DNA of 63,705 nucleotides, the filler included, from Licmophora abbreviata (taxonomy: Eukaryota): assembly GCA_900291995.1 (NCBI GenBank). It is 11 parts of 11 records of this genome, joined end to end, with 100 filler letters (N's around TTAATTAATTAA, not from the genome) between each part and the next. Parts side by side here need not be neighbours in the genome. Positions count along the whole stretch, not along the records: positions 1 to 12,952 come from OLMU01002358.1; positions 13,053 to 15,982 come from OLMU01002359.1; positions 16,083 to 26,240 come from OLMU01002360.1; 8 more parts are not named here. One strand, given 5' to 3'. A model generated the notes under the pieces. It saw only the letters and a list, made by a program, of their open reading frames with translations, was not told where the DNA came from and made no database searches. The position numbers and the translations under genes are program-made. Below, one piece after another: positions 11,368-22,200 of this stretch (positions are counted from its first letter, which is position 1; each line of letters starts with the position of its first letter).

Positions 11368-12952
11368 TTACTGTTGAGGCTCTTCGTCCGGGATCTCTCC
11401 TGCTTCCAATTCTCCGTCTTCGTCATATTTTTCAATTTCGGCATCGAGGATTTTGTCTAGATCTTCCTTGAACGCCTCTACGCCTACGGGCAAGTCTCGT
11501 AGTGTCTCGGTCTGAACACGAAGCATTTCTCTTTGTCTCATAATCTGTCGATGTTTTGCATATGCGAACTCCAGTTGGGACTCTAGATCTGCCAGTCGCG
11601 TCAGTGCCACCATGACACCAGATGGAGGTCCGACAGGCGAGGGAGGAGGAGAGGGCGAGGGCTCTGGTGTTGGTGTCTTCGGGGGTTCCAGGGGAGGTGG
11701 CGTCTTCGGCTTCTCAACGGCGACAGGAGCAACATTTTCTTCAGGTCGGCTTGGGGACGACCTCATCTGCCAGCGATCCTCTCTGGTGTCGTCCATGCGA
11801 GCACCATGATGAGGTAAAGCAGGAGACTGCCCCCCATAGACCTGAAATGACGGAGAACGTTCGGCTGCGAGAGCGGCATAGGAGTCTGGTGCGGGTTCCG
11901 GTTCCCTGTAGCTGCTGCTGTATGACCTTGATGCGGGTTCCCCTTCACCGTACGACCCTGTAGGAGCTTCACTGTAGGATCCATACAGGCCGCGAGGGGC
12001 AATATCCGAGGGCGGATACCGTCCGTGTGTGTTGTCGTACGGGTTGTTGTTGCCCAGCTCCGCGTACGGGCCAGGAGGGCCGCCTTCGTGTGGCGGGAAG
12101 TGATTCTGGTTGACATCATTCTGCGATAGGCCGCGAGGAGGGTAAGGATGCAAATGATTGGACTCGTCGAACCGACCGCCGTGGGACTGATGCAACGGAG
12201 GTCCTCCACGTCCGCGACCACGGCCACGTCCGCGCCCCCGTCCGCGAGGGGGACGTATATGAGGCCCTCCACGCTCATTTAGGTGAAATGGAGCCTGTTC
12301 TCCAAAGAAAGATGAAGACGTTTCTCCGAACGGTTCGTCATGGTGAGCTGGCGGACCAAAGGGTCCCTCTTGCTTCTGTGGAGGAATGCTGGACAGCGAT
12401 GGTTGTCTCGGGCGCCTGGGGCCAGGAGATGGCCCCATCCAAGGTCTACCTCTCTTGTTTCCAGGAGGAAACTGGTGTTCTCCTTGGAAAGATCCAGCAT
12501 CTGGTCTGTCGGGACCCCCTATGAAATCTCGTTTGCTTCTACCCATCTCGTCGAGTCCATCAGGAGCCGTGGAACCATAGTGGGAGTGGGGATGCGGAGA
12601 CATGTGTTGATCGGAACCGCTATGCTGGGATGGCGGCCCTTGAGATCTATCGCCCCACGGTCTGGATGACCCCCCTTCCATAATCGGTGGACCTCCCATT
12701 CCTGGACTTCCGTGTGCATTCCAGTGTCGGTCCCGTCCTGGCCAGTCACTTCCGTCTCCTTCAATAGTAGACGGCCCACCGATCCCAGAACTAGAGTGCT
12801 GAATCCAGTTTCGTTCTCGGCCGGCAACCCGATCGGCGTGACTTCGATCTTGCATCTCAATGAGAGGAGGGCCTCCCGGTACCTGACTACGAGCTTGCCA
12901 GCTGGTATCTATTTCACCACCATGTCCTGTCCATTCGTGGCCATCTGGTGGC
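11368..12952 (-). CDS. Partial low-complexity Gly/Pro/Arg-rich protein with RG repeat and C-terminal coiled coil (5' end lost in gap)
   Basis: The frame of ORF 11368..12855 stays open to the gap at 12953. Contains an RGRGRGRGRGRGRGG tract and a C-terminal helical segment ALTRLADLESQLEFAYAKHRQ. Confidence 0.75.
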
Positions 12953-13052
12953 NNNNNNNNNNNNNNNNNNNNNNNNNNNNNNNNNNNNNNNNNNNNTTAA
13001 TTAATTAANNNNNNNNNNNNNNNNNNNNNNNNNNNNNNNNNNNNNNNNNNNN
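12953..13052. other. Artificial contig-join spacer (N44-TTAATTAATTAA-N44). The same spacer recurs at 15983, 26241, 36027, 37767, 39811, 44775, 56360, 57569 and 61835.
   Basis: An identical 100-nt block with a six-frame stop linker occurs ten times. Confidence 0.97.
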
Positions 13053-13409
13053 TACTAAGTACTCGGAGTACATTGGAGCTAGACCAGAAACCTCTCAGGG
13101 AAGGCAGGAAGCACACGGTAGAACAATCAGGACACCCTGGAGACTGGAATGTGAATGACAGAATATTGAATATGCCAGAAATGCTGTGGCTGCTACAGGA
13201 TGATCATGCGGAAGCTGATGCGATGGGGGACGAAGCGATAAAACTTATAAATGGACGGCACCATGGCACCATTGACTTGTCCGAACGTCGATGTCTGGGT
13301 AGATCTTCTTTTGTCGGGATTTCAGAATCAGTTAATTTTCTGCAATAACGGCAGCACTTGCTCGGTTGTGTGATAGCCCGCAGAGCTTGCCGGTTGTGTC
13401 GACAGCTAC

Positions 13410-14837
13410 CTATGGTAGTGCTCGCCGTGTATTGCCTGCTCTCTTGCCGAGTAATTGCATCTTGAAGCCCGGCTCTTTGTCCTCATTTTCTCGTATCAAC
13501 CAACTTGGAGCACTTATCTTGGCTGCCATAAGGGCATGGATTCGATCTCGCATTGCGCTGCTTGGCTTCCATCTCAGTCCTCTTGGTACTGAGCTCGATC
13601 CTAGACTCTGAGCTTGCTCAAATGCAGTCACCACGGGTTGTCCGTGCACTTTCCGCCTCTCTTCAGCTAACCTCTTCCTGTAGCAGCGTTCTTGAGTAGT
13701 CACCACGGGCTGTCCGCGCACTTTCCGCTTCTCTCCCGCTCTCCTTTTCCTGTAAAGACGATTTTGAGTAGTCACCACGGGCTGTCCGTGCACTTTCCGC
13801 TTCTCTCCCGCTCTCCTTTTCCTGTAGCAACGTTCTTGAGTAGTCACCACGGGCTGTCCGCGCACTTTCCGCTTCTCTCCCGCTCTCCTTTTCCTGTAAA
13901 GACGATTTTGAGATTGCACTCTAGCAGAAATCCGTTTTCTCACTTTCTTTTCAGACGTACGCCGTTCGAGCAATTTCTGCTTTCGATTCATGCGATCTTG
14001 CTTCCTCTTGAGATTCCGCTTGCGACGCTTTGCTCGCAGCATATAATTGCGCTTTCCTTCCGTCAATGGAACCACAGTCGCCACGACGGTTCGAAATGTT
14101 CCGGCCACAAATCGAGGAATACTGTTTCTGCCACGTTCTCGTAACCGCTGTAATGCATGATATGTCCACACGAGTGGAGGCTTTATTGCAAATGCATCGT
14201 ACGTTTGATCCAAACGAAACGCCTTCTTAGCATCTTTCTTGCTTCCACTTGCTTTGGATTCGAATTCCCGTCCCAGGCACTCAAGCTGCCAGTATTCGCG
14301 TGTAGCTTTCTCGGCTCGATGCCAGGGCTGTGGGTTTCTCCGGATTGACGACTTTTTGCGTGATGGATACTTAAACCATCCCTTAACAATGATTTTGATC
14401 TGCTCCTTGATTGGAAGATGCTCCAGGTGATCGTAGCTGGAAAGGTTCACCGACTTGTTGTGGCGTGCTTTGGGTTTCTCCTCATCCTTTATTCGCTTCT
14501 TTTTTCCCTGGTGATCTTCTGCTTTGGTTTTTCTGTTTTGCCTTTTCTTTTTATTTCTTGTTTCCTTCTCCCCGCTACCAGTTCCCGTTTCATGCGGCGA
14601 CACCGTTTTGCTGTTCACTTGCTTCTGATCGCCGAGACTTCTCTGGACTTGCTGCGACACGTTCTTGCTCGTTACTTTCTGCTTGTTCCTGCTCCTTGTC
14701 TGTGTTGCTTGCGACTGCTTCTCGCTCTTTTTCATTTGATTCCCACTTTTTTTCTGAACTTGCTGTGATTGCTTCTTGTTCCTTGCTGCTTTCTTCTGGT
14801 CGCTGGTCGTAGGAGTACGTGCATTTGTTGTTACCAT
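13410..14837 (-). CDS. Highly basic (Lys/Arg-rich) orphan protein with 24-aa tandem repeats
   Basis: Long intronless ORF. First ATG (MVTTNARTP) at 14837 in atcatcATG context. Four internal repeats QNRLYRKRRAGEKRKVRGQPVVTT. Confidence 0.65.
   Translation of the reverse strand: MVTTNARTPTTSDQKKAARNKKQSQQVQKKSGNQMKKSEKQSQATQTRSRNKQKVTSKNVSQQVQRSLGDQKQVNSKTVSPHETGTGSGEKETRNKKKRQNRKTKAEDHQGKKKRIKDEEKPKARHNKSVNLSSYDHLEHLPIKEQIKIIVKGWFKYPSRKKSSIRRNPQPWHRAEKATREYWQLECLGREFESKASGSKKDAKKAFRLDQTYDAFAIKPPLVWTYHALQRLRERGRNSIPRFVAGTFRTVVATVVPLTEGKRNYMLRAKRRKRNLKRKQDRMNRKQKLLERRTSEKKVRKRISARVQSQNRLYRKRRAGEKRKVRGQPVVTTQERCYRKRRAGEKRKVHGQPVVTTQNRLYRKRRAGEKRKVRGQPVVTTQERCYRKRLAEERRKVHGQPVVTAFEQAQSLGSSSVPRGLRWKPSSAMRDRIHALMAAKISAPSWLIRENEDKEPGFKMQLLGKRAGNTRRALP
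13627..13912. repeat. 4 x 72-bp coding tandem repeat with A-B-A-B higher-order structure
   Basis: gtcaccacggg recurs at 13627, 13699, 13771 and 13843. Units alternate QNRL..VRG and QERC..VHG. Confidence 0.9.
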
Positions 14838-15217
14838 GATGATAGTTACTAGAAGCACGCACCAGAGAGAAGGAGCTAATGCAGACTCGAGCACTTTCGT
14901 GCAGATACTTGGTCTTGTGGTTCAAGTCTGTACAGAGCTCTGACTGGCTATTACGAAACTTTCGTGTCGGTACTCATCTTTTGTAGACTGACAAAATCCG
15001 ACAGTTGAATCGTGCCGCTCTCATTGCGCCATTTGGCACGCATATCGAACATAAGATTAGTGAAGCAAGCGCTCAGCACAAAGGTGCAAATGGGATGCAG
15101 TCCTGGGACTGGAGATATATGCTGGTACGGCACTGGGATTCTTGGTTCGGAGAATGCACCAAAAATCAGAACTCCCGCAATGGACGGCCTTCCCGACCCT
15201 CCGCCATTCGTCGCTCA

Positions 15218-15853
15218 CTACGCCGAGGCGCAGCATCCAAAAAAGTGATAGACTTCATCGTTCATATCTAATGCAGCCACTTGCGTTTGGCAATTGAGGC
15301 AGTAGACAGGATAATACACTTCCTTGCCTCCTGTTTTGGGCCCATCCATCGGGACGTGGTGATGAGGTCTCAAACCTCCATTACCGCCACGATGAGCGGT
15401 ACTCGACTCGCCCGCCACAAGCGTCTTAGATTTTTCACAGTACACTAGCTGCGTGTCCCATGTTACCCCAATATTCATGACAAACATGGCCCGGTACTGA
15501 TTCTCATAACGCTCATGTCGCTGGCAGTCCATACAAACTATGCAGAAGCAGCACGGACACGAAAGCACTGCATCGGACGAGCGAGGCTTTAACAGTTTCG
15601 CTTGTTCAAGCTGTTCAGACGAGCCTTTCCGTATGTTCACAGCTTCTTCGACGCCGCTCCGCATGTTCTTATACACCCACGCTTCGTCTTCGTCGTCCAA
15701 GTTTGCTCCGTATAAAGTATCGTTCTGAATCTGTCCAGGGTCTCCGTACTTCCATCCCTCTTCCGACACATTGTCCGAATCATCTTCTCCTGCAGACGAA
15801 ACAATCGCCAATCTATTAACAGCGATGGGTGCGTTTTGATCTTGTTCAGCCAT
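15218..15853 (-). CDS. EAPP: E2F-associated phosphoprotein (Eapp_C domain)
   Basis: LY..NLDDEDEAWV, SDAVLSCPCCFCIVCMDCQRHERYENQYRAMFV and YYPVYCLNCQTQVAALDMNDEVYHFF match the EAPP C-terminal domain. Confidence 0.9.
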   Translation of the reverse strand: MAEQDQNAPIAVNRLAIVSSAGEDDSDNVSEEGWKYGDPGQIQNDTLYGANLDDEDEAWVYKNMRSGVEEAVNIRKGSSEQLEQAKLLKPRSSDAVLSCPCCFCIVCMDCQRHERYENQYRAMFVMNIGVTWDTQLVYCEKSKTLVAGESSTAHRGGNGGLRPHHHVPMDGPKTGGKEVYYPVYCLNCQTQVAALDMNDEVYHFFGCCASA

Positions 15854-16204
15854 TGCACAATTTGTTTGGTCGTATTTTCAATATGCAGTCTCTGTGCTCC
15901 TTTGTTCATTGCCATGGTGGATGTGGTTGTGCAGACAAAAGAAGAAAAAAGGAAAAAGAAAAAAGGGTCTCCTTGATTCTGGNNNNNNNNNNNNNNNNNN
16001 NNNNNNNNNNNNNNNNNNNNNNNNNNTTAATTAATTAANNNNNNNNNNNNNNNNNNNNNNNNNNNNNNNNNNNNNNNNNNNNCTCAGGACCCGTTCTAAG
16101 TTGGCCCCCGGCGTTAGACTAGGTTCTGTACATTCGCGAGTAGACTATTTTTGTGCGACGAAAACGCAAGGACAGTGTACTCGTATGTTACAAGTCATCT
16201 ATTC

Positions 16205-19200
16205 TTAGGATCTGCTAAAAGGATCAATGTACTCGATTTGACCATGATGCCACTGATGCCACCATGCAGTCGAGAGTTTCTCCTGCAGATCTTTGGTGCT
16301 CGAGCGAGGAACGATGACGTACTTGCACAAGAGAACTTCAAGGCCAAGATCAGAATCGCTGACAAGGGCGTTTGTGTATCTCGATAGATGCTCCTCAACA
16401 ATTCCCACTGCACATTTTGTGTCGACAAGATACCAAAGCTTTACCAAGTTGCATGTGTTTTCACTATGCTCTTCCACCTCAACGTTGACCAAGTTGTCGA
16501 AAACTACTTCCCAAACGACGGAGCAGAAACTAATGTCTCGTTCACCATTTAAGAGCAAGAGACGTTCAGATGTAATCATGCAAATCAGGGGCAGAGTCTG
16601 GACCTGGGTCTGCGACTTTCTGTTCACGTTTGCAGCGCGTACGTTTTCCAAGTGAAAGATGTATCCTTCACCGAGATGCCGGCCCATACGAACACGAGAC
16701 AGCAGCGCTTTTCCAGCATTCTCGCCTTCCACATATTCCACCAAAAGGTCTTTGCCGTCCACGTGCGCGAACAGTCGTGGGTTACGAGTCCGAATCGATC
16801 GATGTATTGAGCTGCCACCCGAGTATCTGCCTCCTCCATATCGGAAGAAGGAAGCAATCGTCGCTGTCACATTAGCAGAGTTGTGCAAAACGGACGCGAC
16901 GATGGAAATTGGCCCACCGGGCGATGCTCGATTCATCGAAAGTAGACTTCGCTGCATAAACGAGCTGTCCTCATAGCCAAGGAGTCTCTCCTCAGACCTT
17001 GTGAAACTTTTTGACAAGGAGTCGAACGCATTTGCGCAGCTTTCTCTCCAAGTATAGATGAAAGCCTGCAGGAGGAAAGTCGGTCTGACGGACAGGCCCA
17101 TGAGCACATCCAACACTCTCCAGATGCTCAGATAATGCGATTTCACTTCTTGTGCGAGATCTTCGATTGTCCCGTACGCATGAGCGCTCGAGAAGGGACG
17201 AAGCATCACAGGAAGAGACTCAAATGTCAATGCTGGCCTCATAATAGCTGGCAAAGATATCAGTGCACTAGGCAGTGGCCCCGACCAACTGATTTCAGTC
17301 CTAACAGTCGAGACTCTGAAGCGTTCAATATACAACTTTCCTCTTTGCATTCGATTGCCACCCCCGGGGAGTGTTTCGTCAACGAGATGAGCGCCTCCTC
17401 TAATTCGCGATCTAGGTTTCATGAGCAGCTTTGCTGACATCGCCGTGGTTGGTAGGAAGTCATCGTCTGGTTTCGCTGTGCCTTCCATGTCACGCGAGGC
17501 TGGAACAGACAGTCCCATAGCACCATTTTTCTTCACGGCAGTTTTGACACTGCCACTTGCACCCAGCACCTCGTTAAGCAAACAGTCTCGTGAAATCTCA
17601 TTCAAGGAACCCTGTGTATTATAAGTGTCTTGTCCGAACGAGTTGGATGCCTGCTTCGTCATTCTCCAAATGAGCTCGGTGAGATAGCCGTCCACGCTGA
17701 GAATTATGGGTTCGACTCTGAGCTCCACTTTGTCGACGATCATCAATCTGCCTTCTTCATGCAGAGCGTGACGCAAAGATAGAGTAAGCGCATTGTGCCT
17801 CTTTCTCCTCCTGAGTTCTGCTGAAGTGTTGAACCTGGGCGGACGTCCCACTTTGAGCATTACTGGATAAGGTGTTACCCACAGCTGGTTGTCAGCTGAT
17901 AGTCTACCAATCGAGAATAAAAAGCTCTCCTTTTCCTTGTCCACAGTCCTCTCAAAGACGACATCTTGAAGCGTTACGTACACAAGTTCCTGTGGAGACC
18001 AGTCAACGACGCTAATGCCAACCCCGTGAACGAGTCGCAGCGCCACCCAGGACGCCAGAGAAGGCCCTGCTTTCGATTTTTGAAAGATGCCAGTTGTTTC
18101 CACACTTCCAGCTTCGTTCCGGTAGACTCTTGGAAGAGAGGCATCGCTTATACGAAGTACCCGGGTGGGTCCATCTGCAACAATTTGCCCTGAAAAGCGA
18201 GGATCCTTCAACTTCAGTTCTGTTCCAGGGGTGATTCGCTCCATGACAAACCTTCCGAGACGGCCATCGTTTGAGCCGTTCTTCGCTTCAGAGGGGTTCA
18301 CTTGGGTGCTCGTCGTCTCGACAAAAAGGGAACGTCGCGCTGCATCAGGCTCATCCCAAGCATAATCTGCATGATGATACGGCAAGAGCGTGTTTTCAAG
18401 CGGAGCCACGTCCATCGGAATGCCATGCTTATTTCTGAAGATGGCTGATTGACCAAAATAGAGAGGATGCATTGTATGATTCTCCAGCCGGAATGGCGGA
18501 TGAGATACTTCTCTGAACACCAGAGTGAAGCCAGGGGACCGCTTCCCGGCATACAATTCGACCTCGGCAATCATGACACGAGCTTTCAGCTTGTGGATCA
18601 ATCGAAGTGACACTTCCCGACGCTTCTTTTTTATCTTGAACGAGCCTGACCACGCCCATCCATACTCTTTCGGTCGAAAGACAAGAGGCATGGAATCGTC
18701 GAAATGAAAAGGGACCGGGCGACCGTCGGCCCCGACGACCACAGGGGCCCTCTTACCGTTCTCTGTGGCTACTTCGATGTCACGTCCCAACTCGTTTACG
18801 ATCTGGTAGAGACTTGCGACATGAATGAGTCGAGTACCCAATTTTCCACCAAGTTTCTCCGGCGCGCGGACGATGTTTGAACGCAGCGCCAGCGGCTCGG
18901 AAAAGACTGCGAGATTTTGCTGCAAACGCTTCATGTCAGATGCATGAATCGAAGGTTCGACTATAACCTCGAACGGCGAGTTCTCTGAGCCTTTCAGAGG
19001 GATGGGATCGCTCCACGGAGAAACCAATTCTGTTGGTGGATCGTCGTCCTCGCTCCACGTGAACCTGCTTCTCATACTCAATTGCGTTGATTTATCGTCC
19101 CCAATCATGAATATCTCAAACGATGGCTTTGCCGAAAGGTGGCTCAGCGCCTCAGCGTGCAATAGTTCCGCAAGACCCAGGTCCTGATCACTAGCCGATT

Positions 19201-22200
19201 TCGGTTGATGGCGAAAATGGTTCATGCGGCCAGCGTTTACTTTTCCCATCGAGCAACGCGACACCTGACCAGCAATGGACGAGTTCGACGTGAATTCCAT
19301 ATCTTGCCCAGTGGCGTCGACAATCCAGAAGGGCACATACAGTGCTATGACCCTCGGGGAAGAAGCGAGTTTACTACTAAACCATCGTATATCTTCGACG
19401 GGCCCTGAGCTGCTGTCGCTGGCACTCGATCCGTAATTGAGGGCTATGGAGATGGGAAGTGTGTTGCTCGCTGTATCTACAATCTTCAGTCTTTCGTGAA
19501 GTGGGACTTCAGATGTGTCAATTCGTGACCGCCGACGTACATCCAGCTCCGAGGGAATGAGTACTGCATTACTCCACGATGGAAATTGCCGGGAGTCTTC
19601 ACTTCCTTTGTCACACAGCTTTGCCCTGAGGGCGATCTTGTCCGTCGACAAAGCGCCGGTCCAGCTAACACAAGCCCCACATTTCACAACGCCAAGACTA
19701 ATCCAGTCGATGAATCACTTTCCTCTTTCGTTGATTTCAGGGAGCCTCTCCGAGAGAAAGCAGGGCTACCTACTCGAACCTGTATATACAAGGAGACGGG
19801 TAGATGATTGTAGATAACCGCAGGGGGTCGAAGTAAGAGCATTCGCTGTTCAGGAATAGTGATCTTGGCATTTCTTCCTGTGAGATCACGACCCGAGGCC
19901 ATGGAGTCTGAGTCCATCGGTAATGATCCAATCCTAAGACCACACGAGCTCAGGTTCGCGAAGTGGCCCCGCTGGTTCTCGTTGGTCAGGTCATCAAATT
20001 CGATCGGCACCCTAGTTTCTGTGACTCGGATCAGTCCTCGAGCCATTGATCTTCTTGAATAAGGCGGGGGGATAGATAGAGCAACAGAGCGATTTCCGCA
20101 ATTTGCACTCGTGTATTTGTCTTCTGATAAGTCGATGCTTTGGTCTGCAGCTGCAGCGGAAAGTATGGAGAAACCGTAGCTCACCGAATTAACAAGATCC
20201 ACCGGAACTGGCACATAGCCACGTTCACTATTGGACGGCGGACCTGCCTTGGGAAGAACAGATCGCCACAGCAACGACACATTGCCTTTCTCCTGCAATT
20301 CGCAAAGGATATCGGCGTTTGTGTTGTTCTTCAAAATAAGCGGAGACTCCATAGATACAACTTTTGTTCCTCCACGAAGCGCGACCCGCACGATAACGAA
20401 CCCAACAGACGACAGCGGGCCATCCGGCGGGGCTTTCTCGACGGGAAGATCTGTATTGCGGCGTACCACATATCGGTGAACTCCGACCGTATCGACAGGA
20501 ATTCTACCGTCAACTTTGAAGAACAACTGTGTAGACCGGTCACCTCTTGCGGTGTTATGGTCGTCGTGGGCCATCCGCCCAGCAGTATCTTCAAGACCTC
20601 CGAGCTCCAAGTACCCATAGGCATGATGGGGATCGCACGACTGGGATCTGGATCTTTTCAAGGACAGCGGGACCTCTCGGCCGGTCTGCAAGATTACCCT
20701 GTTCGCCCGTTCACCGTCCTTGAGGCGTTCGGAATCGAGAACTTCCTGAAATCGAATTGTCTGCAAAGAAGGAGCGTATGTTAGTTCTTGAAACGATACT
20801 GGACGTTGCGACGTCTCCATGCAGCATCCACTTACCAGGCCAGTGTCGTTTCTGATTAGGTGGGGCACAATTGGGCGCCCTTTTTCTTTTTCTTTCGTCA
20901 GTAAAAACCCATGAACAGTCTCGATGAAGGCTCCGGTCAAATTGACGTTCATAGGCCTTGCATCAGAAATGCTCAATAACACCGGAGGAATTGTCACCGA
21001 ATCGAACTCGTGATGTAAAGTGTTCTCAGGGTGACCGAACGCTTCTAGCCACAACTTAGGGGATCCCCCCGGTGGCCATAGACAAGTATGCATACACCGC
21101 AACGGTCGGGTGGGAAGCGCCGCGAGCAGAAACGCTTGACTACCTGAGGATGACAACAGTAGATAACACAAATCCCGTGGCTGCCGCACGACTTCGCTGG
21201 AAAAGCGCGTCTCTTTTTCGGGTGATTCGCCTTTGAATGGTGAACGCAACAGTCGCCCCAGATCTCTTATCCTCTCCCCCGCCCCCTCGTTGACGTTCCC
21301 TACGCCGCCATGTGGGCGAGGGAAGGTCCACATGACGAAGGGTGGCATAAGACTCGCTTTCACCAAGTCGACGCCAACGCTCGCATGCAAAGTCCAAGGC
21401 TCCACAAACGGCTCCCATTCCACAAGCCGTCGGTTGTGATAGCTAGCGGAAACCATGCCACTGAGCCATCCACCTAACGTTGCATGGCCCAGAGCTCGGG
21501 ACTCATGTAGTTTCCCGGGTTCCTCAGAAAAATGACTCTCGAGAGAGCCTACGGCTACGCGGGATTCGTTCGGTAGCGGAGTCACTGCTAGACCGAGACG
21601 AAATTCTGAAATTGCACCCTTTACTATCGGCGATTCGGTCAAACGGGTCGCGCCCCCAGGGACACACGTGATCCGTACACCCTCAGCTTGAACAGCACAG
21701 ACTGTCGTACCTGTCTTCAATGATTCGAACAGGCTTGGACGGGCTGTTCGCTCTATTTCATCATCTCTCTGTTTATTCGAATCCTTCGCCCGAAGGATGC
21801 CTACGATCGGCTTTAAGCTCACTCGGACGGCATCATTTAATCCGCCTGCACTCTGCCGAATGTAGAGCAGCGCATCGATAAAGCTAGAGCTGATCCTCAA
21901 AGACTGAGCTACTGCAAGCCGCCTGCCTGAGTCCGTATCTATATCATGTTCCATCGACGCCCCGACCATCTGGTAGGAGGCATCGAATCCAAACGGGTTC
22001 GTAATGCGTTGCTCTCCTGCGTAAGGTGGATGCACGGCAAAGAGATATGGTGTGCACTGATCGTCTCCAGCAGCGGCTGCCCGAAACCGAAGCCTTCGAA
22101 CTGTGGTGCGGAGCATCTGGAAGTTCTCAACTTTCAACGTACTCTTCACGGCAAGGAGATCGACGAGTGCAACTGCGTCGGATGTCGCGTCCTCTTTCTC

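Noticed and set aside
13073..13348. 91-aa ORF after the gap as a transposon remnant
   Set aside because: No recognisable transposase, RT or integrase motif, and no terminal repeats.
13627..13912. CRISPR-like array
   Set aside because: The units are contiguous 72-bp coding repeats with no unique spacers, there are no cas genes, and the context is eukaryotic.
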